This document shows positions 37,136 through 48,785 of a stretch of 64,000 nt of DNA, piece by piece. Made by a program: the position numbers and the translations under genes. The stretch lies in the NCBI GenBank assembly GCA_963786955.1, contig CAWBAT010000005.1, forward strand, positions 1,164,127 to 1,228,126, in the 5' to 3' direction. Source of the DNA: an uncultured Acidimicrobiia bacterium. GTDB taxonomy: Bacteria > Acidobacteriota > Terriglobia > Versatilivoradales > Versatilivoraceae. Under the pieces are notes generated by a model. It did not search any database. It saw only the letters and a list, made by a program, of their open reading frames with translations, and had not been told where the DNA came from. Within the stretch, counting starts at the first letter, position 1, and each line of letters opens with the position of its first letter.

Positions 37136-40100
37136 ATGAAACCAGAGGATCTGCTTTTAGCGGCCGAACTGGATTCCGCAAAAGCTTCCCAGATTCTAAA
37201 GAAATACGGATTTAAAGATCCGGAATGGGGCAGACCGTAATCTGCAGTTGATGGCTGAGGACCTCTCAACCCGTCTCATTCTGGCCCGAATCATCGGAAT
37301 TTATTGGAAGCTGCCAAGAAATGTCCCGACCCTGACTCTGCCATCAATTACTTTGAAAGACTTTTGGCCAATGTAGCGCATTCGAGCAATTTCTTGGGAT
37401 TTCTGGGAGATACTCCTGAAGCGCTCGAGGCCCTGATCCTTCTGCTTGGAACCTCCCCGTTCAGCGCCGAGATTCTGATCCGAAACCCCGAATACTTCTA
37501 CTGGATCCTGGATGAGTTGGGGACTCCGTGGATCAAGCCGTCATCGGCTTATCTTCAAGAAGCGCTGCAGGCGAAGGAGCCCTTTGAAGATGGAGAGCAG
37601 CAGTTGCGGGCACTCGGCCGATCTCAAACGGCGGGAAATCCTACGAATCGGCGCCAGAGACATTTTGAGAGCTGCAAACGTACTGGGGACAATTACCGAG
37701 CTTTCAAATTTAGCCGATGCTGTTTTGCAATCTATTTACTCCATATGCTTTCAGAACCTGGCTGGGAAACATGGCATCCCTTGCTTTCTGGATGCGTCAG
37801 GTAAATTGAGAAGGGCCCGGTTTACAATTCTAGCAATGGGAAAACTAGGCGGGTGCGAACTCAACTACAGTTCAGACATTGATCTGATTTTTATCTACGA
37901 TGGGGAAAACGGGAATACGACATCCGCTGAAAGCCTGCTGGAATCCAATCAACCGGGAGATCCAGAACGGACGCCCGCTATTTCTACAATCCCCCGGCCT
38001 CCAATTCTGGAAGATCTAAAATCCATTTCAAACACCGAATTCTTTACCAAGCTTGCCCAAACCATTACGCACGAACTCTCGAGTATGACTGAGGAGGGAT
38101 ATTTCTACCGAGTGGATCTCCGACTCCGCCCCGAGGGGAGTGCCGGTCCGGTGGCGAGTTCATTCACGGCCTGCAAAAACTATTACTCCAGCTGGGGGGA
38201 AACTTTTGAGCGAATGGCGCTGATCAAAGCCCGACCGGCAGCAGGTTCCACGGAGCTTGGAGACGAGTTCTGCAAAGCCTTCAACTCTTTCGTTTACCGG
38301 AAGTTCTTGGATTTTGCCGCTTTAGAAGAGATCCAGGAGATTAAGACTCGGATTGAATCAAAACTGACTGCCAGGAAAAAAAATGTCCGGCACGTTAAAC
38401 TCGGAGCGGGCGGGATCCGTGAAATTGAATTCTTCGTCCAGGCGCTCCAGTTAATCTATGGAGGTCGAAATCCGCAAATACAGGACCGCAGCACGGTCAA
38501 GACGCTCAGCCTTCTGCAGGGGAACCAATTTATTTCTACCGACGAGAGTGCAGGACTGCTGGATGCCTACTGTTTCCTGCGCGACTTGGAGCACAAGCTA
38601 CAGATGGTTAATGAGCTCCAGGCCCATGAACTTCCCGAAGACGAGGAGGAACTCTACAAATGTGCCCGGCGAATGGGCTTTCTGGAAAAGTCTCGTGCCG
38701 AGACGATCAAAACATTTTCTGAAAAAATATGAATCACACACAACCTATGTTCGGGATCGCTTTCAAAAGCTTATTTCTCTGAAGAGAGACGAGTGGTCCG
38801 GCGGCCAGATGCGAGAGGCCTCTCTGATTCTCAGCAAGAACCTCTCAAAACAGGAAGCCTTGGAAATCCTTGACAGACCGGGGTTCGAAGACCTCCAGAC
38901 AGCTTATAATCAAATCTGCTTGCTCCGCGATGCTCCTTCGTTTGCCCACTCGCCCTCAAAGATGCGCAATTTGCTGGCGAACCTCATGCCATCCCTTCTT
39001 GAGACCCTCAGGGTTAGTCCTGATCCGGATACAGGCTTGAACTTCTTCGAGCAGTTTGCCAGTGCATTAGGAGCCCGCGATTCTCTATACACTCTCCTGA
39101 ACGAATCCCCCAATGCTCTTCACAGTCTCATTCGAGTTCTCTCCAGCAGCCAGTTTCTCGCGGATTTTCTTTGCCGAAACCCCGAATTCCTGGATGCCAT
39201 TATCAAACTAGAATATTTAGAAGAGGCAAAACAACTTGAAGAATACAAATGGCAGATCAGAGAGATCCTTTCGGAGGAAAACAGCTTTGAGAATCGTGTT
39301 CAGGCCCTCAGAAAGCTTACACGAGGAAGAACTATTCCGCATTCAGGTAAGGGATGTCTTGGATCAATGTGATCGTCCATTGGTCGGTAAACAATTGGCT
39401 GCCTTGGCGGAAGCATGTTTAGAAGGGGCATTTTTGCTTGCCTGCCAAAGACTGGAAGAGCATGAAATGAGTTCCTTTCAGTCATGGGCGCAAGATCACT
39501 TTGTCATCCTTGCCCTTGGAAAATTGGGGGGAAATGATCTGAGCTACCAATCGGATTTGGATCTTGTCTATTTCTATTCGGTTGATTCAGAGACGAATTC
39601 GATCGGACGCAACGCCGCCTCACTCGTTTGGTAGAACAAATCGACCAGATACTAAGCGTCTCGACAGGAAAGGGCGCGATCTACAAGATCGACACCCGCC
39701 TCCGTCCTGAAGGAAAGAAAGGTGGATTAGTCACCCCTTACTGAAATACCAGCAATATCTCGAACATCGAGCCCAGCCTTGGGAACGGTTGGCGATGGTT
39801 CGCCACCGCTTATGATGGGGAGCTCAAGAAATCGTGCCATGCATTCTGAAATGGTGAGGGGCTTTGTCTTTCAGTCGGAATTTCCGTCCATCCGTGGTCA
39901 AGGAGATTGCCCATATCCGTCACCGAATGGAAATAGAATTGGCGAAAGAGGCTGAAGAAAATAGTTTTCATATCAAGGCAGGGGCTGGCGGGTTAGTGGA
40001 TATTGAGTTTGCCGTACAAATGATGCAGTTGAAACATGGGTGCCGGCATCCTGCTTTACAGATTTCCAATACTCTTCATCGCCCTGACGGAAATCAGAGA

Positions 40101-40375
40101 ATTGGGGCTTATTTCGCTTTCTGATTTCCAGGTTCTCTATCTCGGGTACGAGTTCCTCCGTTTCCTGGAAAATCGATTGAGGATTGCCTCTCCTTTTGGC
40201 TCAGGAACCTTTCATCGTCAATTACAAAGTCTAGGGAAAACGTCACGCCTACTTGGGATATTCAAGCACGAATGATCCTAGGGCCGCCAAGGATTTCGAA
40301 GGTGCGTACCTCGACATCACGAGTTCCGTAAGAAATGTGTACCAGAGAATCATGAATCAGTTGGCCTTATCATGA
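37136..40375 (+). pseudogene. glnE: glutamine synthetase adenylyltransferase/adenylyl-removing enzyme, at least 11 frame changes as read
   Basis: Fragments 37022-37240, 37304-37804, 37512-38732, 38458-39372, 39236-39634, 39864-40124, 40036-40275 and unlisted pieces join colinearly. Two nucleotidyltransferase cores are present: MGKLGGCELNYSSDIDLIFIY and LGKLGGNDLSYQSDLDLVYFY. The frame order I traced is 2,0,2,0,1,2,1,0,2,0,1,2. Confidence 0.8.
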
Positions 40376-41114
40376 GCTTTCTTCGATCCCGATAACACTC
40401 ATCATTCTCCCAGTTTTTCCTTTTTCTGCACGGTGGGAAAAAAAGAGTTCGGTCCGGCAAGCTCGTACAAGCCTCACTACTGAAAATATTGTGTGGCAGG
40501 ATCCCAGATTCGAGTAATTGGTGTTTGCCAGGCAGCTACAAATCGAGGGACATCGTTGTCGGCGCAGTCAAGTCTTTATGGTTGAAGCTGCGGAAAAAAG
40601 AATCCCTCCAGCGAATTCTTTCGCGAATGCCTGGACCATTTCCTCTCCGACTTCGTAGCAGCAGGGGCCAATTCCAGGTCCGATTACCGCCAGGCAATCG
40701 GCAGGGACAGTCCAGAAATTCTTTTGCATCTGTTCAGTCGGCTTTCATGGTGATTCTTTTGAGAAGGCCTCGCCAGCCAGCATGAATGGCAGCAATCGAC
40801 TTTTCGACGAGGATCGACCGCTAAGACGGGCAGGCAGTCGGCGGTTTGGATGGCCAGCAGAATTCCAGTCTGGGCGGTAATCATGGCGTCTGCTTCTGGA
40901 GCCGTTGCCAAATGGTTTCTTGTTCCTAATCGCAAAGATTCTGTCGGAGTGAGTTTGGCGCAAGGTGACCAGAGGGATTTCCCTGCCGGAGACTGCACCG
41001 GGCCAATCTCTTTCGATTTTCCAGCACGATTTCTGCCGGTTGATAATCATTCAATCCAAGGTTAAGGTCTCTTTTGGGTTCAGGGTCAAAACGCAAGCTA
41101 AAACCGTGCAGCAT
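40370..41114 (-). pseudogene. pgeF: PgeF/YfiH-family (laccase-domain) protein, several frameshifts as read
   Basis: The pieces carry LRQTHSDRI, ADAMITAQTGILLAIQTADCLPVL, IHAGWRG (alternate frame), GPCCYEVGEE and FFSHRAEKGKTGRMMSVIG. Its stop overlaps the glnE stop convergently. Confidence 0.7.
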
Positions 41115-41207
41115 CCACTTGAAGGAAGCTAGCGGTTGGTGATATAAGAAATTTCGCGACCGTTGAGATTAGAAACTGGTTATCCGTCATAAAGAGAGAG
41201 AATTGAA

Positions 41208-41585
41208 ATGATTGTGGGCATGGGAGTCGATATTGTCGAAATTGAAAAACTCAGACTCGCCATGATGAGACGAGGTGAGCGACTGCGCAATCGGGCGTTT
41301 ACTCCGGGCGAGATTCAATATTGTGAACAACGCGCTCACCAGTATCAGCATTATGCCGCCCGATTTGCAGCTAAGGAAGCTGTATTCAAGGCGATCGGCT
41401 CGGGATGGAGAAATGGAGTGACCTGGCTCGACGTGGAGGTTTTCAACGAGCTCAGCGGGAAGCCCATACTCCGACTAAATGGAAAAACCCTTGAATTTGC
41501 GAACGCATTAGGGGCCCGGAATTATTGGTTAAGTTTGACTCATACCGACCACTATGCGGTAGCCCAGGTGGTACTCGAATCTTAA
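41208..41585 (+). CDS. acpS: holo-[acyl-carrier-protein] synthase
   Basis: 125-aa ORF with GMGVDIVEIEKL and FAAKEAVFKA motifs. Intact. Confidence 0.9.
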   Translation: MIVGMGVDIVEIEKLRLAMMRRGERLRNRAFTPGEIQYCEQRAHQYQHYAARFAAKEAVFKAIGSGWRNGVTWLDVEVFNELSGKPILRLNGKTLEFANALGARNYWLSLTHTDHYAVAQVVLES

Positions 41586-41623
41586 GGGGCGACGATTCCA
41601 CTCGCCCTCTCCATGCAAATTTT

Positions 41624-43009
41624 TCAGAATGTCGACGTTTCGAAGACTAAGAAACGACCCGTGCCAGATAGCCCTTCCGAGGTGATTCCAGTCACAATGA
41701 CTTCCCGCAATTGATTCGATTGAATACTCGGGGGCATCGATCGAAATTTTCAAGTAGTTGCTACTCAGTGCGTCCGCGGATCTCTCCGGCTCATGCCAAC
41801 GCAAGGTCATGACTCCGATTCTCTTGCCGATGAACTTTTCCCTAAATTCCCGATTCTTACGGGCAGCCAATCTCCCTCAATTCATTACCTTGCGCTGACC
41901 GGTGACTTCACTTCGGCCCAGTCGGTCGCATCAAGGCGGCTGCTGTGCCGGGTCGTTGGGAATAGGGGAATACATGGAGATAAGTCATCGGCGCCAGGCT
42001 CAAGAGCGATTTTTGTTTCGATGAAGTCTTCTTCCGTCTCGGTAGGGAAACCCACCATGACATCGGCGCCGATGGCCGCATCTGGAACACGTTGTCGCAT
42101 TTTCTCGACTAGTCGGCGATAGAACTCCGCGGTATAGGGTCGACGCATGAGGCGCAGTATCCGGTCGGATCCGCTTTGTAATGGAACATGAAAATGCTTC
42201 GCCATCTTGGGCGACTGTGCGATAAGGTCAATGAGATCATCGGTATATTCCAAAGGTTCAATGGAACTTAGCCTGAGACGTCTCAATCGATCTTCTCGAA
42301 GAAGCCTTTAACCAACAGAGCAAGGTTTTCCTTTTCCCCAAGGTCTCTTCCGAATCCGCCCAGGTGGATTCCTGTTAAGGTGATTTCCTTATACCCCTGG
42401 TTTAAAAGTTTCCTGGTTTGGCGAAGGACTTCATCGATGGACAAGCTGCGGGAATTTCCTCGAACTGAAGGAATCACGCAAAAAGAACAACGATAACTGC
42501 ACCCATCCTGAACCTTCAAAACGGGGCGCGTTCTGTCTGCCCCTCCTGGATCTCCGATCGTCCGAAGCTCGCGGGACTCGAAGATGCTGCTGCAATAGAC
42601 TGTCGCCCCTGAAGCTCGAAAATGGTTTATTGTCTGGGGATCCCGCAGCATCGCTTAGTTGCCTCTCCCTTTGCGTCACAATCGAGACCAACTGATCTTT
42701 GTGCGAGTTCCCGACTACGCAAGACACCCCACTGATGGCAGCCACCTCGCCCGGCACACGCTGCGCATAACAGCCTGTGACAACCACACGGGCAGTAGGA
42801 TTTTCTCGATGAACTCGGCGAATCATGGTGCGGGCTTCAGCGTCAGCGGCGTGGGTTACCGTGCAGGTATTGATGACAACAATATCAGAGCGGTTCCACT
42901 CCTCGGATTTCTGAAAGCGATTATTCAAGAAAGCCTGTTCCAAAGCGGCGCCATCGGCTTGAGTCGCTCGGCACCCGAAATTAATAATTTTGAAAGTCTT
43001 TGACTGCAT
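41624..43009 (-). pseudogene. mtaB: MiaB/MtaB-family radical SAM tRNA methylthiotransferase, multiple frameshifts as read
   Basis: The N-terminal UPF0004 domain (FKIINFGCRATQADGAALE, VINTCTVT), the radical-SAM CSYRCSFC and the downstream HFHVPLQSGSDRILRLMRRPY are spread over ORFs 42431-43009, 42283-42651, 41885-42286, 41908-42090 and 41529-41870. The 3' end is approximate. Confidence 0.7.
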
Positions 43010-43013
43010 GGCC

Positions 43014-44072
43014 CTATTTTGTCCCTGGTCTGCTGAGAACCCCTACATCGGACAAGACCTTCTGAGCCATGAGATTTTTAATGGGGGTCTCGTTTCTAAC
43101 AACGTCAAGATAGGCATTTTTCAAGAGCGATTCTTTGCGATTGAAAATAATCTGACGAATGTCTGCCTGAACCTTGGGGTCGCTGAGTTCGCGTTGCCCT
43201 CCGGCTTCTTTTTCGATGAGTTTGACAAGATGGTATCCATATTTCGTCATTACGGGATCCGGAACGTTTCCCCTACTTTCAGGCTTTGGACCGCTTGACG
43301 AAATCTGGGATCGATGGTTTCCAACTGCTGAGCGCTCAAGAGCCGGAGGTCTCCTCCGGACTGGGCTGACGTGCTGTCTTCCGAATAGTCTCTAGCCAAG
43401 ATGGCGAAATCCATGCCGCTCTGGAGCTGTTTCAAGAGAGAGATCACTTTCTGCCGGGCGGCCTCGTCCGTCTTCGCGTCGTCGCCCTTACCGTTACTGA
43501 TTTGAGGTTCGGCGAAGGGAGTCACTAGGATATGTTGAACATGCCAGCTCTCTGGCAAGTTGTAGTTGCCTTTATTTCGAACAAAGTACTCATTAATTTC
43601 CGCTTCCGTGACCGAAATCTTCGAGGTGATTTCTTTGTTATAGAGCTTCTCAATCGTTGCACTCTTTCCTAATTTCTTTCTTGATGCTCGTCAACCGTAA
43701 CGCCCTGGTCTTTGAGAAATTGTTGAAACTTTTCTTCCGTAAAATCTTTCTTGAAATCATTGAAGCGGACATTAACCTCCTCATCACTGGCAGTAAGTTT
43801 GTCAATCGCAGCCCGTTGCATCAGCATTTCATCACTGATCAGTTGCGACAAGATGGTCAAACGTAGGGTCAAGATTTCCTCTGGTGAGAGGGGCTGAGCT
43901 AGACTGTTTGAGCCGATTTTGATAAATCTTTTCAACGTCGTTATCTTTGATCGTTGTCTGATTCACAACGGCGACGGTATCGGGTGAAATCTTGGGGCCC
44001 GACTGGCAGCCCATACAGATTACGCAAAGCCACCCAAACCATACCGAAAATCCATTGAAGTCTAATGTTCAC
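43014..44072 (-). pseudogene. SurA/PrsA-like peptidyl-prolyl isomerase (parvulin domain) lipoprotein, multiple frameshifts as read
   Basis: The GTG at 44072 lies 5 nt after AGGAGG. The signal/lipobox region, a SurA-like N-domain (fragments 43832-44014 and 43669-43935) and a parvulin domain (HILV...MDFAILARDYSEDSTSAQSGGDL...GYHLVK; fragments 43250-43558 and 43014-43250) are in different frames. Confidence 0.65.
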
Positions 44073-44369
44073 GCCTGCCTCCTGTGCCTTTATGATGGCC
44101 ACTTATACTACCACCGCCCCATGTAGGGTACAACAGATTGAATGGGATGGAGTTCCCCAGCGTGGGATCATAAAAGGATCTTGAAACGGATCTCTTTTTG
44201 ACTTCTTAAAGCCCTAATTAGTGAAACCGAGAACTAAGTACTGCTCTTCATAAAGACGGTGACGGTAACGCCGGGGCGGTGACCGGGCCTACAACTTTGT
44301 AGGTCGCGTGCCCCCCCCCCGACACAGCGCCTATCCTGAGATACGTCACCCTAATTACAAATAGCAATA

Positions 44370-45122
44370 CTAAGGGGCAGATGGCTTCCGACCATAGTTG
44401 ATCGCGATGATTCCTCCTCCAAAAACAGATAGCCCGTATCCTCAAATCCGGCTTTGTCCATGAGTATTTGGACGCCGTGCTGCGCAGGATAAAGCTTCAG
44501 CGATTCCGAGATATAGCGGTAGACGTCAGGATCCCCGTGCATGACCCAACCCAATAGGGAGCCCATAACCGTAAGATAACCTAAATACGCACGGCAGTAA
44601 AAAGGATTGACAGGTTTCGCAAAATCCAAGGAGAGAAATCTTCCGCCCGGTTTGAGCATTCTGAAGACTTCTGACAACAAACAAGCGATATCGGGAACAT
44701 TGCGAACACCATAGCCAACGGTAATCCGGTCAAAGGTGTTGGCGTGAAACTCAAGCCGGGTGATATCACCGACTTCAAATTCAATGCCATTGATTCCCAA
44801 TTGTTGTTTTTTTCGGCTAGCAATCTCAATCATACCGGGAGTGATGTCTACACCCAGGACCCGTCCTGTTGAGACCATTTTCGCCAGCATGAAAGTGATA
44901 TCGCCCGTCCCGCAGGCCAAGTCCAGAATAAGTGATGCGGTTGAACATCAGTCCATCGAACCAGCTTCTTTTTTCCAACGTCGGTCTTGCCCATAGGAAA
45001 GCAGAGCGGTCACAAGGTCGTAGCGGGGGGCGATCTTGGAAAACATCTGGTTGACATACAGCTGTTTTTTTTCCTTTCGAGTTGATGAATTCCTTCATAT
45101 TCAGTCGGCTTGGATTAGCCAT
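44370..45122 (-). pseudogene. ubiE: ubiquinone/menaquinone biosynthesis C-methyltransferase UbiE/MenG family, at least 3 frameshifts as read
   Basis: [26 protein letters not shown] (alternate frame), LDLACGTGDITFML, and FDRITVGYGVRNVPD. The family-typical C-terminus GGGIIAINYGRKPSAP* is only readable after a shift. Confidence 0.7.
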
Positions 45123-45245
45123 TGAGTCACATCTTTCTCGATCGGGTAATGATCGAATTGTGCCTGCACGGCGTGGTAGTATTGGTGAAACTCCCGAGGG
45201 CAGCCGTTTGGTCAGATACCCTGACCTCATTTTTTCTCAGCTTTT

Positions 45246-46602
45246 TCACGGATCCTGTTTCACTTTACTACGCCATTCTTTCAAACGCTCGCTCACCGTT
45301 GCTTCATAACCCTCTCCAGACGGTGTGAAGTAAGTTCTCCCGGCAAGAGAAGGTGGAAGACAATTCATATCCGTTACGCGTTCTGCAAAAGTGATGGGCG
45401 TATTTGTACCCCTTCCCATAACCCAGATCCTTCATGAGGCTGGTTGGCGCATTTCTTAAATGTAAGGGGACCGGATCCGCGAGAGTCATTTTGATGTCCT
45501 GGAGGGCAGAGTCATAGGCCTTATATATAGCGTTCGACTTTGGGGCAGTTGCCATATAGACTGCTGCTTCCGCGAGGGCAAAGTGCCTTCCGGAAGTCCA
45601 ATGAAATGGAACGCCTGCATGGCACTGACCGCCATGAGACAAAGCTGCAGGATCAGCCAATCCCACATCTTCGGACGCAAAGCGGACAATCCGCCGGGCA
45701 ATGTAAAGCGGATCCTCTCCGGACTCAAGCATCCGACCGAGCCAATATAAGGTAGCGTCAGGGTCGCTATTCCGCATGGACTTATGGAGAGCAGAAATCA
45801 GGTTGAAATGTTCCTCGCCGGACTTGTCGTAAAGCAGCATTTTCCGCTGGAAAGTATCTGCTAATAGTTGCGGGGTAATGATCTTCTTATTTGTTGTCTG
45901 ACAAAGGAGTTAGCTGAAATGCCAGCTCTAGCGTGTTATAGGCAGTTCGGGCGTCTCCGTTGGCAAAAACCGCGATTTGAGCCAATAAGTCATCCGTGAT
46001 TTCAATGGGTTCGGCACCGAGGCCTTTCTCTTGTTCAGATAAGGCTTTTTCAGAAGGAATAGGATGTCTTCAACCGTCAATGGCTCAAGTACGTATACTT
46101 TGGAGCGCGACAACAATGCCGCATTGATTTCAAACGAAGGGTTTTCAGTGGTGGCACCGATCAAGATAATATTTCCTGTCTCGACATGCGGGAGGAATGC
46201 GTCCTGTTGGGATTTGTTGAACCGGTGGATTTCATCAATAAACAGAATTGTTTTCCGGCCGTAAGCACGAACTCTCTCGGCCTCCGACATCACGGCTTTG
46301 ATTTCCTTTATTCCTGCAAGAACCGCACTGAAAGGAATGAAATCAGAGTGTGTCAAATTGGCAATAACGTGGGCAAGGGAAGTTTTCCCGGTGCCCGGTG
46401 GGCCCCAAAGGATGATGGATCGAAGCTCATCTCTCTCAATACCGACTCTTAGGGGTTTCCCAGGCGCCAGCAAATGCCTTTGCCCGACAAGCTCCTCCAA
46501 CTTTTGGGGGCGCATTCGATCGGCAAGAGGCGTACTTCGATCAGTCGCCTTCTTTAATCCATTCTGGAGATTGGAAAACAAATCCATATTCATTCTGGCC
46601 AC
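45246..46602 (-). pseudogene. rarA: replication-associated recombination protein A (AAA+ ATPase), frameshifted as read
   Basis: Walker [34 protein letters not shown], and the C-terminal MgsA domain [40 protein letters not shown]. The pieces are 45928-46602 and 45304-45840, plus a shifted tail ending at 45246. Confidence 0.8.
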
Positions 46603-46636
46603 ACCCTCAAAAGGAAAGACCCCGACATCCGGAAAA

Positions 46637-47443
46637 TCATTGTCTTTGGCGTGTTTTTCGTTGCTCAGCGGCTTGACAAAGTATGATGGAAGAAGCGACC
46701 GCTACATTAAGCGACTCTACTGAAGAGGAAATCGGGATGGTTATCTGGCGCTCGACTTGATCGAGAATATTACTGTCCAGCCCCCTTGCTTCATTCCCTA
46801 AAATTAAGACGACCCGCCCGCGATAATCAATGTCACGAAAGCCATCCCTTTGCCTGGGCCAGTGGCGTATACTCGGTAGTTGTTTTCGCCAAACAGTGCC
46901 AAAGTCGCTTGAATGTCCCAACCAGGAAAACAGGGAACCCGGAACACCGAGCCCGCAGACGCCCGAATAGCCTTTGAATTATAAGGGTTGACAGAATTCT
47001 TGCTCAGAATAATGGCGTCTGCCCCAAAAGCTTCCGCGGAACGCAAAAGAGTTCCCAGGTTTCCAGGATCTTGAATGCAATGCGTCAAAGACAATGAGAG
47101 AATCTTTGGTAAGAATTCTTTTGAAGCTCCATTTTGGGAGGAATACCAAAGCGGATACGCCCTGAGGCGTTTCCGTACTGGAAATTTCACTGAAAACCTT
47201 TTCGGACAATTGGATGACCGTGGCTTGGTAGGTCTTAGAGCTTTTTAGCAGGTCCTCCAAGAGTTTCATTTTCCGAGTCTGTTCGCTCACATAAAAGGAG
47301 TCCACATCCAAGCGGCTTTTAAGCGCTTCCTCAATGAGCGTAATCCCTTCGACAAGAACACGACCCCGTGAATCCGGCCAACCTTCTCGAATCTGATCCC
47401 TGATTTTTTTGACTTGATTGTTGGCTGTTGAGCGGATGATCAA
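46637..47443 (-). pseudogene. TrmH/SpoU-family RNA 2'-O-methyltransferase, frameshifted as read
   Basis: QDPGNLGTLLRSAEAFGADAIIL and LILGNEARGL...[12 protein letters not shown] are spread over three overlapping fragments: 46979-47443, 46804-47190 and 46637-46921. Confidence 0.75.
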
Positions 47444-47510
47444 GTATTCACTCCCTGGCTATATCCATTCATTGACCGTACCCGAAAATTTATGTTAATT
47501 TGCTAACCGA

Positions 47511-48149
47511 ATGATTACACAACGAATTAGGATACAAGATAGCACGATTGATGATTCTGTTCTGCAGGTTGCTCTGGCATCGATTGAGAACGGGAACATC
47601 ATTTCTGTCCCCACTGAAACATTCTACGTCTTGTGCGCGGACCCGTTCAACCTAAGGGTTATTGAAGAGATCTTCCTCATTACTAAACGGAAGGAGTGGA
47701 AGCCTCTTCTCCTACTTGCAGACTCGATAGACCAGGTTGAAGTCATGACGTCAGGTCTGCAAAGAGCCTTTTTATGAAATCGCAGAAAATTTCTGGCCTG
47801 GGCCACTGACCCTTATTCTCCCGGCAGCAAATCACGTCCCATTGAAGATTACTGGAGGAACGGGTACCGTAGGAGTCCGGATTCCTGATTCAAAGGTACT
47901 CGAACGTTAATTCGGTCATTTGATAGCCCTGTTACTGGGACGAGTGCCAATCTTTCGACTCACCCGGTATGCTCGACCGCAGATGATGTCTTGATCCAGT
48001 TAGGGGGAAAAATTGACCTGATTCTTGACCAGGGGGATACCCGAGGGAGAGCACCGTCTACAATCCTAGATCTTACTCGAGACCCCATTCGCGTCGTACG
48101 CGAAGGCGCTATTCCCCTTGAGAGGTTTTCTTCTTACTTGTCTCCATGA
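47511..48149 (+). pseudogene. tsaC: L-threonylcarbamoyladenylate synthase (TsaC/YrdC/Sua5 family), frameshifted as read
   Basis: VPTETFYVLCADPFN in ORF 47511-47777. FWPGPLTLILP, GTVGVRIPD and TGTSANLS are readable only in the other frames. The terminal TGA overlaps the next ATG at 48146. Confidence 0.75.
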
Positions 48150-48784
48150 AAGAGCGTGGAAAGAGAGTCCTTTTCCAGATATTATTCGCCTATCTTCCAT
48201 CTTTACTCCTGGCCTACATTCTTGTTCTCTATGTCCTGATTCGACGTAGTGCGGCGCTTGATGAATCTCAGCCAGCCGACATCATTTTCGTCTTAGGGGC
48301 TGCCCAATATAACGGGAGGCCTTCCCCGGTATTTAAGTCCCGATTAGATCATGCAGCAGCTCTCTTTAAAGAGAAATTTGCCGGTAAGATCATGACTACG
48401 GGAGGATATGGTTTTGACCCGAGGTACTCTGAGGCGGGGGTGGGCAAGCTGTATCTGATGAAGCAGAGCATCCCGGAGGATTGCATCTACACTGAGCCCA
48501 GCGGTCTGACAACCGGTGAGAGTATTGAAAGGGCCATCGAATTTCTCAAACAGCATAATTTTACCCGGGTTATTGCTGTCAGTGATGGCTTTCATCTGTT
48601 CCGGATTAGAAGAATCTTTCGAGATCATGAAATCACGACCTTTGGTTCGCCGGCTCAACATAGTGTCATTGAATCCAATTTTCGCTCCCGCACGCTGGCT
48701 TCTTTACGTGAGGTATTCATCTTCACAGCCTACATGGCGCGACACCATCTCCATATATCTTTTCCATTCTCCGAGATGTCCTGA
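48146..48784 (+). CDS. DUF218 (YdcF/ElyC/SanA-like) membrane-anchored protein
   Basis: 212-aa intact ORF with an N-terminal TM helix. DIIFVLGAAQYNGRPSPVFKSRLDHAAALF...IMTTGG is the DUF218 pattern. Confidence 0.7.
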   Translation: MKERGKRVLFQILFAYLPSLLLAYILVLYVLIRRSAALDESQPADIIFVLGAAQYNGRPSPVFKSRLDHAAALFKEKFAGKIMTTGGYGFDPRYSEAGVGKLYLMKQSIPEDCIYTEPSGLTTGESIERAIEFLKQHNFTRVIAVSDGFHLFRIRRIFRDHEITTFGSPAQHSVIESNFRSRTLASLREVFIFTAYMARHHLHISFPFSEMS

Positions 48785-48785
48785 G

